Shown here piece by piece: positions 21,774 through 29,773 of a stretch of 44,174 nt of DNA. Origin of the DNA: Deltaproteobacteria bacterium (GTDB lineage Bacteria > SAR324 > NAC60-12); NCBI GenBank assembly GCA_038150265.1, contig JAYOTF010000029.1:1-44174 (forward strand), in the 5' to 3' direction. The notes under the pieces are model-generated. The model searched no databases. It was not told the origin of the DNA and saw only the letters and a program-made list of their open reading frames with translations. The position numbers and the translations under genes were made by a program. The first letter of the stretch is position 1. Each line of letters begins with the position of its first letter.

Positions 21774-21852
21774 GGGAACACCTTCCAGAATAAGGATCAA
21801 GCAGACAGATCAGAACTGCTATAGCCTTTTTCAAAAGGCATGCCGTGTTGCC

Positions 21853-22185
21853 TTAGCGCGAACACACCTCCCGGGCTTCCATGAAGACGCGGCCCCGGCA
21901 CCAGGAGGCATTGGCCTCACACGCCTTTTGCCAGTACTGGCACGCCTGGGGGTAATCTCGGGACTGATAGTACGCCGTCCCCAAGCGGTGCAGGGCTTCC
22001 GGATCATCCGGGACCAACTCCACGGAACGTCCCAGGAAGTCGATGGCCTTGTCCAGCCGCCCAATGTGCAGGTAGCGCTTTCCGGTCTCCCGCAGCACCT
22101 GCGCCTGCAGTTCCGGACGAATGCCCTCCGCGCCAGCCAGTTGAGCCCACCAGCACAGGCAGCCCAGCAGGAATCCATACCGCAT
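21853..22185 (-). CDS. Small exported TPR protein
   Basis: Signal peptide, then two TPR units ('GRLDKAIDFLGRSVELVPDDPEALHRLGTAYYQSRDYPQA'). Confidence 0.8.
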   Translation of the reverse strand: MRYGFLLGCLCWWAQLAGAEGIRPELQAQVLRETGKRYLHIGRLDKAIDFLGRSVELVPDDPEALHRLGTAYYQSRDYPQACQYWQKACEANASWCRGRVFMEAREVCSR

Positions 22186-22188
22186 GGG

Positions 22189-23568
22189 CTAGCTCTGCAA
22201 GAGGTGCTCAAGGCAGGAACACAGCTCCGGAACCTCATCAGGGAGCAGCGTCCGGAAGTCCAGCCAGAGCGTGTGATCCACAATTCGCCCAATGACGGGC
22301 AGGGGGCCCTCGCGCCGGAGGCGCTCCTGAAGGTCGTGGGCCGAAGCCGTTTCATGCTGGAGCACCAGCCCCCAGGACGGCAGCTGAAGCTCCGGAAGCG
22401 CGCCGCCTCCCGTCAGAGACGTCATGGGCTGCGACTGAAGGGACCAGGCTGGGCCGGGCACAAGCGACTCCCGCACCCCTTCCACCGTTGCTCGGATTCC
22501 CTCCGGAGTGCGTTCCAGCAGGTGAGGCGTCAGCAGGTGTTCCGGAACCTGCTCCGGATTCCAGTAGGTCTGCAGCACGGCTTCCAGCGTCGAGAGCGCC
22601 AGCTTGTCGAGCCGAAACGCCCGGTAGAGCGGGTGCTTCCGGATCTGATCCAGCAGCGGCTGCCTGCCCAGCATCAGGCCGGCCTGCACTCCGCCGAGCA
22701 GCTTGTCTCCACTGAAGGCGACCACATCCACGCCAGAGGCCAGAACCTGCTGCGCGGTCGGGTACTCCCGGAGGCCCTGCTGCTGAAACGCGTAAAAGGA
22801 GCCGCTTCCCCAGTCGTAGAGCGAGTGCAGGTTGCGCTGGCGAGCCAGCTGGGCCAGCTCCGGAAGCGCAACTTCTTCCGTGAAGCCCACCAGGCTGTAG
22901 TTGGAAGGGTGCACCTTGAGGAGCGCAGCGGTTCGCTCCGTAATCGCAGACTCGTAGTCTGAAAGCCGGGTCCGGTTGGTGGTCCCCACTTCCACCAGCT
23001 CGCATCCGGCTTCCCGCATGATGTCTGGAATCCGGAAGGAGCCTCCGATCTCAACCAGTTCTCCGCGGGACACAATCACCTCGCGCCCTGCTGCCAGGGT
23101 CCGGAGCATGAGAAAGACTGCCGCTGCGTTGTTGTTGACGGCCAGGGCGGATTCGGCACCAGAGAGCCCCCGAAGCAACTGCCGGAGGGCGGTGTCCCGG
23201 TGTCCCCGTTTTCCGGTTGCCAGGTCAAACTCAAGGGGGGTGTAGTGGCTCCACTGAGACAGCAGGGGTTCCAGTAAGGCGCGGGGAAGAGGAGAGCGTC
23301 CGAGGTTCGTGTGGACCACCACGCCGGTCAGGTTGAGGACCTTCTCGGCGCGTTGAGGAAGGGAGTGCTGGACAACGGAGGCGACCCACTCCAGAGCCTC
23401 TTGACGAGACTCCGGAGGCGACGGGTCCTCCTGAAGTCGGGCACGGCAGTGCTGCAGGGCCTGATGCACCCAGTGCCGGACGGGTTTCCCATGCGGCAGC
23501 CCCTGCTGGGCCAGGAAGTGATCGACCTCCTGAACCGAAGGGAGGGTACGAAAGCGCCCCGCGCTCAT
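22189..23568 (-). CDS. selA: L-seryl-tRNA(Sec) selenium transferase
   Basis: NLTGVVVHTNLGRS, VNNNAAAV, SRGELVEIGGSFRIPDIM, EVGTTNRT, KVHPSNY, PLP-lysine motif FSGDKLLGG. Confidence 0.97.
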   Translation of the reverse strand: MSAGRFRTLPSVQEVDHFLAQQGLPHGKPVRHWVHQALQHCRARLQEDPSPPESRQEALEWVASVVQHSLPQRAEKVLNLTGVVVHTNLGRSPLPRALLEPLLSQWSHYTPLEFDLATGKRGHRDTALRQLLRGLSGAESALAVNNNAAAVFLMLRTLAAGREVIVSRGELVEIGGSFRIPDIMREAGCELVEVGTTNRTRLSDYESAITERTAALLKVHPSNYSLVGFTEEVALPELAQLARQRNLHSLYDWGSGSFYAFQQQGLREYPTAQQVLASGVDVVAFSGDKLLGGVQAGLMLGRQPLLDQIRKHPLYRAFRLDKLALSTLEAVLQTYWNPEQVPEHLLTPHLLERTPEGIRATVEGVRESLVPGPAWSLQSQPMTSLTGGGALPELQLPSWGLVLQHETASAHDLQERLRREGPLPVIGRIVDHTLWLDFRTLLPDEVPELCSCLEHLLQS

Positions 23569-26159
23569 CAGCCCTCTGAAGACTCAGGAGTCACGGCTTC
23601 CGACTCCTTCTTCTTGGCGGTACTGCGTCGCCGAGGCTTGGGTTTGACCTCACTGCCTTCGGCAGCGTCGGCGCCTTCGGTTGCTTCAGCCGGAGCATCC
23701 GCCTTCCGGGCCCGGGGCTTTCGGGTCGCTTTGGGCTTGGCGTCAGTGGCTTCAGCAGCCTCGTCCGCCGGAGCATCTGCCTTCTTGGCCCGGGGCTTTC
23801 GGGTCGCTTTGGGCTTGGCAGGGGCTTCCGCCTCTTCGGTTTCGGCAGTTTTTGCCTCACCTTCTGAAGCCTCGGCAGTTTCTGCCTTCCGGGCCCGAGA
23901 TCGCGTCCGGGAAGCCGGTTTTTTCTTGGGCTTCTCGTCAGCAGGTGCTTCGCTTTCGGCGTCGTTGGAAGACGCTTCCGTTACGGTTGCGTCGCTTTCG
24001 GCGCCAGCCGTCTCTGTTTCGGACGCACTTGCGGTCTTTTTGCGTGACCGTGGGGCGCGTTTCGGTTTTTCTGGAGCGGCTTCAGCAACCGGAGCCACAT
24101 TTTCCGCTGCCGACGCCTCGGCCTGTCGCGCTTCGTCAATGGCAGGATCTCCGGTGGGCAGGTGGGTGCTGCTGAAGATGATGCGATTGATGGGCGCATC
24201 CTGGTTCCGCCGACGCCACTCCGGAATGGGAGGAGGCGCCCAGGGGAGACCGTCATCGACGACGCCCTCGTGAATGCTGCTGAAGAGGGCTCCCTCAAAC
24301 GGCTTGCGCTTCGGACGGACCGGAGCCGGTGCCGCAACTGGGGCCGCTTCGGCAGCAGGAGCTGCTGCAGGTGCTTCATCTTCTTCAGGTGCGTCTTCTG
24401 CCTCTTCCGAACGACTGGAATCCCCGTCCTCGGCAGACACCTCCTGGTTCTCTTCTGAAGAAGAGCGGCGGCGACCACGGCGGCGGCGGCGAGTCGGTCG
24501 GGACTCCTCCTCATCCGAGCCTTCTGCCTCAGGGGTGACCTCGGTTTGAGATTCGGTGTCTTCAGAATCGGCGTCATCCACGTCAGAAGCCGATCCGGAA
24601 TCGTTGGCATCCGCCGCAGTTTCATTTTCCGGGCGACGGCGACGGCGACGGCGACGACGGGAGCGGTCATCCTCAATTTCCACTTCCCACGCAGAGTAGA
24701 TGGACGTTTGCGGATCACCATCCTTTTCAATCAGAACTTCCATGTCCGGGACCTCATCCGGATCCTGCAGCGGATCTGGAATGATGACAATGCGGACTCC
24801 GAAGTCGACTTCAAGCTGGTGCAAGCGCCGGCGTTTGGCGTTGAGCAAGTGTACCGCCAGTTCCGGAACCAGCGAGCAGCGGATTTCCTGCACCGTGTGC
24901 TCGGCACACAGGTCCTGAATGCGCCGGACAATGCGGTTGGCAATGGAAACCGTCGGAGAGTTGGTGGAGAGGCTGCTGGCAATGCGTTGCCGGCTCATCT
25001 CCAGAAGGCCAAAGCGGGAGATCTCGCCCAGCGCCCAGCGAGCCTTGTCGTCAACCAGCGCCTCTTCCATTTGAGACACCACCAGCTGCCGGTTCTTGGC
25101 AGAGTCCATGTCGATGAAGTCGATGACCACGAGGCCCCCCAGGTTCCGGAGCCGAAGCTGCCGGGCCACTTCATCGGCGGCTTCCAGGTTGGTGCGGACG
25201 GCGGTTTCCTCAATGTTGCGTTCCTGGGTGGAGCGTCCGGAGTTGACGTCAATCGCCACCAGGGCTTCCGTGGGGCTGATCACCAGGCTGCCGCCCGAAG
25301 GAAGCGGCACCTTGTGACTGTTGAGGGCGCCGATCTGGCTTTCAATGCTGTGCGCACTGAAGAGCGAGTGTTCCCCGAGGTAGAGGTGCAGGCGTTTCTG
25401 ATCCGTGGGCATGTTGGCCTGAAAGAACTCCAGCGCCTGCTGAAAGGCGTTGGGGTCGTCAATGATCACCTCAGAGATCTTGTCGTTGAAGTAGTCGCGA
25501 AGCATGCGGACCACCGCGCCTTCCTCCTGGTAGAGGAGTCCGGGTTTGCTGCGCTTCTCATAAGATTCCTCAATGCGCTTCCAGACACGACGGAGGTTCA
25601 TGTAGTCGCGCTTGAGTTCATCCAGGCTGCGCCCCACGCCAGCGGTCCGGATGATGACGCCAGCGTCTTCGCTGTCGAGGCCCTTGAGCAGGTGCTTGAG
25701 CCGCTCCCGGTGGGCCGAGTCTTCAATCTTCTTCGAGACGCCCCCTTTGTCGCTGTCGGGCATAAAGACCATGAACCGTCCCGGCAGGGAAAGGTTGGTG
25801 GTCAGCGAGGCGCCTTTGTGCCCGATTTCATCCTTGAGGACCTGCACCAGCACCTTGTCGCCATTGCGGAGGAGTTGGGTGATGTTCGGGCGGCCCTTGA
25901 GGCCCTTGGAGTCTTTGAAGAGCTTCGGATTGAGATCGGAAGCAGCCAGGAAGCCATTCCGGTCGGCGCCATAATCGACAAAGGCCGCCTGAAACGACGG
26001 TTGGACTTTGGTGACCACGCCGCAGTAGATGTTTCCGACGTTTTGGGTCCGTTGGTTTTGTTCAATGAACAGGTTATCGAGTTGCTTTCCCCGAACCAGA
26101 GCGATTCGGGTCTCATCTTCCTCGACGTTGATGAGCATCTTCATGGTGTCTTCAGGCAT
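23568..26159 (-). CDS. rne: Ribonuclease E (Rne/Rng family) with long disordered C-terminal tail
   Basis: S1 domain (GNIYCG, AAFVDYG), LPGRFMV, IIRTAG, AIDVNSGR, VIDFIDM, ISRFGLLEMSRQR; R-rich, acidic and K/A/P-rich tail. ATG 26159 has an AGGAG RBS, and the stop overlaps the selA ATG. Confidence 0.93.
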   Translation of the reverse strand: MPEDTMKMLINVEEDETRIALVRGKQLDNLFIEQNQRTQNVGNIYCGVVTKVQPSFQAAFVDYGADRNGFLAASDLNPKLFKDSKGLKGRPNITQLLRNGDKVLVQVLKDEIGHKGASLTTNLSLPGRFMVFMPDSDKGGVSKKIEDSAHRERLKHLLKGLDSEDAGVIIRTAGVGRSLDELKRDYMNLRRVWKRIEESYEKRSKPGLLYQEEGAVVRMLRDYFNDKISEVIIDDPNAFQQALEFFQANMPTDQKRLHLYLGEHSLFSAHSIESQIGALNSHKVPLPSGGSLVISPTEALVAIDVNSGRSTQERNIEETAVRTNLEAADEVARQLRLRNLGGLVVIDFIDMDSAKNRQLVVSQMEEALVDDKARWALGEISRFGLLEMSRQRIASSLSTNSPTVSIANRIVRRIQDLCAEHTVQEIRCSLVPELAVHLLNAKRRRLHQLEVDFGVRIVIIPDPLQDPDEVPDMEVLIEKDGDPQTSIYSAWEVEIEDDRSRRRRRRRRRPENETAADANDSGSASDVDDADSEDTESQTEVTPEAEGSDEEESRPTRRRRRGRRRSSSEENQEVSAEDGDSSRSEEAEDAPEEDEAPAAAPAAEAAPVAAPAPVRPKRKPFEGALFSSIHEGVVDDGLPWAPPPIPEWRRRNQDAPINRIIFSSTHLPTGDPAIDEARQAEASAAENVAPVAEAAPEKPKRAPRSRKKTASASETETAGAESDATVTEASSNDAESEAPADEKPKKKPASRTRSRARKAETAEASEGEAKTAETEEAEAPAKPKATRKPRAKKADAPADEAAEATDAKPKATRKPRARKADAPAEATEGADAAEGSEVKPKPRRRSTAKKKESEAVTPESSEG
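23689..23819. repeat. 78-bp-period tandem duplication in the rne tail
   Basis: GGCCCGGGGCTTTCGGGTCGCTTTGGGCTTGGC at 23709 and 23787, and GCCGGAGCATC at 23689 and 23767; encodes AKPKATRKPRA(K/R)KADAPA twice. Confidence 0.85.
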
Positions 26160-26340
26160 CTTGCTCCTGAGAGTGTCAACAGAGAGACGCGGGGTGGCAA
26201 GGACGCAAGCAGGGAGCCCAGTGGGCGATGGTCCCGCTTGCCCTTCACGGGCCAATCCAGGTCTATTTTGTACCGTTAAATCGACAGAGGGCGTTGGAAG
26301 GACGCCTCCAAGGGAGCATCCTGCGAACGTTCGGGCTCTG

Positions 26341-26574
26341 CTATTCTTCGACGCCGAGTCCCAATGCTTCAGGCATGGGCTCCCCTTGCTCGTTCTTGAG
26401 AATCACTTCGATGCGCTGCTCGGCTCGCTCCAGAAAGCGATGGCACTCTCGGCTCCAGCGGACCCCTTCCTCAAAGGCCTGAAGGGCCTCCTCGAGGGGA
26501 AGCTCTCCGGCTTCCAGGCGGTTGACGCTGTGCTCCAGCTGCTTGAGGGCGGTTTCGAAGGTATTCTGTTCCAT
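26341..26574 (-). CDS. xseB: Exodeoxyribonuclease VII small subunit
   Basis: 'TFETALKQLEHSVNRLEAGELPLEEALQAFEEGV...C...LERAEQRI'. Confidence 0.95.
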   Translation of the reverse strand: MEQNTFETALKQLEHSVNRLEAGELPLEEALQAFEEGVRWSRECHRFLERAEQRIEVILKNEQGEPMPEALGLGVEE

Positions 26575-26592
26575 GGTTTCGGTGGCAACCGG

Positions 26593-27090
26593 TCAGAGGT
26601 TGCGGATGATTTCGGTTGCGGTTTGTGAGGGAGTCAGCCCCTGGGAGAGGATGATGAGTTCTGCCTCATCATAGAGGTGCCGGCGCACCTGCATGAGTTC
26701 ACTGACTCGTTCTTCCGGGGTCTTTCCATCGTGCATGAGGGGGCGCTTGTAGTCCTTGTGGAGGCGCCGAATGAGTTCTTCGTCAGAGACCTTGAGGTAA
26801 ACGACCTTGCCCATGGACCGCATCAGCTCGCGGTTTTCCGGGCGGACGATCATGCCGCCTCCCGTTGAGACCACCGTGTTCTGACGGCCTCGAAGGCGCT
26901 TGAGCAGCTGCGTTTCCAGGTCTCGGAACGACTGTTCCCCGCCGAAGGAGAAGATTTCGGCAATGGTGCAGTTCTGTTCCTTTTCGATGATGCTATCGGT
27001 GTCGAGGTAGAAGTACCCCAGCCGTCGAGCCAGTTGGCGGCCCACCGTGCTCTTTCCGCACGCCATGAACCCCGTCAAGAAGAGCATCAT
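26593..27090 (-). CDS. aroK: Shikimate kinase
   Basis: GFMACGKSTVG P-loop, DTD, GEQSFRDLE, STGGG, RPLM; ATG overlaps the mnmA stop. Confidence 0.95.
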   Translation of the reverse strand: MMLFLTGFMACGKSTVGRQLARRLGYFYLDTDSIIEKEQNCTIAEIFSFGGEQSFRDLETQLLKRLRGRQNTVVSTGGGMIVRPENRELMRSMGKVVYLKVSDEELIRRLHKDYKRPLMHDGKTPEERVSELMQVRRHLYDEAELIILSQGLTPSQTATEIIRNL

Positions 27091-28169
27091 GCGGGAGGCG
27101 CCTCCGCAATCCATCCGCCCCCCAGCACCCTTCCGGTGAGGTCATAAAAAACAGCCGCCTGCCCCGGTGTCACGGCGCGTTCTGGCTCATCAAGCTCCAC
27201 CTGCAGCGTGTGGTCGTCCTGCGGGTGCAACCACCCCCAGCAGCCCTGATGGGTGTAGCGCAGGCGCACCAGCGCCCGCAGGGGCTCCTGAATGGGGTCG
27301 ATGGATACCCAGTTCACGGCCTGAACCGGGACCTGAGCCTGATACAGGCTCGACTCCGGACCCAGCACCACCTGGTTGGTCTCGCGGTGCAGCCGAATGA
27401 CGTAAAGAGGCTCGCTGCTGGTGAGGCCCAGTCCGCGTCGCTGACCGATGGTGAAGAACGCCACGCCCTGGTGCTCGCCCAGAACCTGCCCGGCCTCATC
27501 AACAAAGACTCCGGGCTGAACGAGGTCTTCCTTTTGCGCCTGGAGGAAGGTCCGGTAGTCCTTGGGAACAAAGCAGATTTCCTGACTTTCCTGCTTGAGG
27601 GCCGAGTCCAGCTCCAGCTGTTCGGCAACCGTCCGGACCTTGGGTTTGATCCAATCGGCAAGCGGGAAGATCATCCGGGCCAGCTCTTCCTGCGGGACCC
27701 CGAAGAGGAAGTAGGTCTGGTCCTTGCGCTTGTCTGCAGCCTGGTGCAGTTCGGTGCGTCCGGAATCGGGATTGTGGTGCAAGCGAGCGTAGTGCCCGGT
27801 TGCCAAGAGGTCACACTCCAACTCGTCGGCCTTTTCCAGCAAGAAGCGGCTCTTGATCTTGCGATTGCACATCACGCAGGGATTGGGCGTCCGTCCGGAG
27901 GCGTACTCGTCGACAAAGTAGTCGATCACCTGGGTCCGGAATTCTTCCTGGAAGTCGAGGACGTAGAAGGGGATGTCCAGTCGGTGGCAGACCGAGCGGG
28001 CATCCATGGCTTCATCAAGGGAACAGCAACTCTTGGGACGGGAGTCGTTCTCAGGGCCATGATAGAGCTTCATGTGGAGGCCGATGACCTCGTGGCCCTG
28101 CTCCTTGAGGAGTGCGGCGGCCACTGAGGAATCAACTCCTCCACTCATGGCCATGGCAATGCGGCTCAT
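27087..28169 (-). CDS. mnmA: tRNA 2-thiouridine(34) synthase MnmA
   Basis: AMSGGVDSS, TPNPCVMCN, ATGHYA, KDQTYFL, ESQEICF, TIGQRRGL, AVTPGQAAVFY. Confidence 0.97.
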   Translation of the reverse strand: MSRIAMAMSGGVDSSVAAALLKEQGHEVIGLHMKLYHGPENDSRPKSCCSLDEAMDARSVCHRLDIPFYVLDFQEEFRTQVIDYFVDEYASGRTPNPCVMCNRKIKSRFLLEKADELECDLLATGHYARLHHNPDSGRTELHQAADKRKDQTYFLFGVPQEELARMIFPLADWIKPKVRTVAEQLELDSALKQESQEICFVPKDYRTFLQAQKEDLVQPGVFVDEAGQVLGEHQGVAFFTIGQRRGLGLTSSEPLYVIRLHRETNQVVLGPESSLYQAQVPVQAVNWVSIDPIQEPLRALVRLRYTHQGCWGWLHPQDDHTLQVELDEPERAVTPGQAAVFYDLTGRVLGGGWIAEAPPA

Positions 28170-28208
28170 GCGGAAGGCGTCAGGGGGTAATGAGCAGACA
28201 CTTGTCGT

Positions 28209-28718
28209 TCAGCGTCGGCTGATGGGTTGGTAAATGTCATTAAACGAGGCAACATCCGTGGGACGCGGGCTGGAAGACACCATGGGGGCGTAGCGTTTTT
28301 CCTGAAACGCATCAAACCGCTTTTGGGTCTCCGCATTGCGGTTCTTGTTGACCTGATCAAAGATCACATCGGTAGACGCCCGGGCCCGTGCGTGCCAGGC
28401 GACTATGCCGAGGTCAACAACAGGGGGTGCCGGTTGTTGCTTGGCCATGTCTAAAATTTGTGGAGCGACTGTGGCGAGGTCGCCAAACATCTGCGCCGCC
28501 TGGGCCGACTGTCCGCTGGACTGGGCTTTGGCAACGGCTTGAATCTGCTGGGCCAGGGCCTCTGTTGTCGGAGCTCCTGCTTGTGTTGCCGGAGCGGCAG
28601 TGGCATTATCGGTGCTTTGAGCCCAAGCATCTGTTGCAAGTAGGCAACCCATTCCCAGCAAGGTTATGATTCCCCATCGCTTCCAGTTTCGTGTGCTGCG
28701 TCTCGTGCTGCTATCCAT
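28209..28718 (-). CDS. Secreted hypothetical protein (Ala/Gln-rich)
   Basis: Basic N-terminus, hydrophobic core and 'DAWA|Q' cleavage site; co-oriented upstream of mnmA; start uncertain. Confidence 0.55.
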   Translation of the reverse strand: MDSSTRRSTRNWKRWGIITLLGMGCLLATDAWAQSTDNATAAPATQAGAPTTEALAQQIQAVAKAQSSGQSAQAAQMFGDLATVAPQILDMAKQQPAPPVVDLGIVAWHARARASTDVIFDQVNKNRNAETQKRFDAFQEKRYAPMVSSSPRPTDVASFNDIYQPISRR

Positions 28719-29073
28719 GGCATACGGTTGCGCTAGTACGGTACTTGCCCAGGCTCCAGCGGGCAAGGAGGCTTGCTTCAGCTCCTCCGAAAATCGCTAC
28801 AAGTGCTTCATGTCCTTCTACGACTACGCTCAGGAGCGTGGTGACGTCCGCAAGCAGGTCCAGCAGGAGCGGGAAGCCATTGTGGCCGAACGTCAGGCTC
28901 AAGCAGAAGCCGAGGGTCCGCCGCTTTCCGAGGGACGGATCCGGGAGTTGCAGCGCATGCAGATGCAGCTCGACTACTCACGGTCCCGAACCGGAGTTTC
29001 CTACTCCGGCCAGCCCTATTCCCGGACGTACGGCGTGTTTCCAGAGCCGGGGCCTGACTACTCGGGTCAGTAG
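28666..29073 (+). CDS. Secreted hypothetical protein
   Basis: Signal-like N-terminus ending 'TVLA|Q', a Cys pair (ACFSSSENRYKC) and a coiled stretch; start uncertain (28666, 28693 or 28717). Confidence 0.6.
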   Translation: MIPHRFQFRVLRLVLLSMAYGCASTVLAQAPAGKEACFSSSENRYKCFMSFYDYAQERGDVRKQVQQEREAIVAERQAQAEAEGPPLSEGRIRELQRMQMQLDYSRSRTGVSYSGQPYSRTYGVFPEPGPDYSGQ

Positions 29074-29084
29074 CCCCCGGTTCC

Positions 29085-29618
29085 TCAGACGGGCAGATCC
29101 GGAGGACGGATGTAGTCTTCCATGTGGGTCTGCTTCAGCTCCTCCACGTCAAACTCCTTTTCTTCTGTCTGCTGACGCGAGAAGGCTTCCACGGCCTTCC
29201 AGAGCAACTGGGCTTCCGTCTGGTCCTGCTCACCGGGAAGCGACAGGCCCTTGAGCTGCTGCTGCACCGGCTCAGACACCTCCCAGAAATCCACTTCCTT
29301 CAAGCCCTGAATGTGGAGAACTTCCTCAAGGCTGGAGCTGGCGGAGAGTCGGCTGGAGGGACGGTTGAAGTAGTGCAGCACCCCCTCCTGGTCCAAAAAG
29401 GCATAGATCCGGGTGTGCTGATCCTGAAGAAAGTGATCAGGCTCATTGATGCGGTAGCAGCGGTGGATCGCCTGGACGGCATAAAATTGGCCGCTCCGCA
29501 AAACAGTCGCTTTGGGACAGTCCAGTTGGGCCAGCAGGGTCATGGGGATCAGGTCGTAGAGAGTGTTTAGACGAAGAAAATGAGAGGCAATGGTTTCAGG
29601 TGCCGTGTGGTTTGCCAC
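29085..29618 (-). CDS. Hypothetical protein
   Basis: 177-aa ORF with protein-like composition; upstream AT-rich promoter-like region (TTGAAA-16-TATATT on minus). Confidence 0.65.
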   Translation of the reverse strand: MANHTAPETIASHFLRLNTLYDLIPMTLLAQLDCPKATVLRSGQFYAVQAIHRCYRINEPDHFLQDQHTRIYAFLDQEGVLHYFNRPSSRLSASSSLEEVLHIQGLKEVDFWEVSEPVQQQLKGLSLPGEQDQTEAQLLWKAVEAFSRQQTEEKEFDVEELKQTHMEDYIRPPDLPV

Positions 29619-29773
29619 CCCCGGGTTCAGGAAACCCCGGTCGTGTCAGGAGGCCGAGTGACAAAGCATTCGCTAAATATAACGGAATCCTGCTCGATTT
29701 CAATACTATTTCCGCAACGGTTTTTTCCGGCCCCCTTCATAAAAATCAAAAAAGAAGCCCGGAGCGAGAAGGC

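Noticed and set aside
21774..23568. tRNA-Sec (selC) near selA
   Set aside because: No cloverleaf with a UCA anticodon was seen in any intergenic gap; the gaps next to selA are only 0-3 bp.
23689..23900. Possible CRISPR-like direct repeats
   Set aside because: Two copies plus a partial third, in frame within the rne tail; no cas genes.
24546..26279. 577-aa plus-strand ORF
   Set aside because: Antisense shadow of rne.
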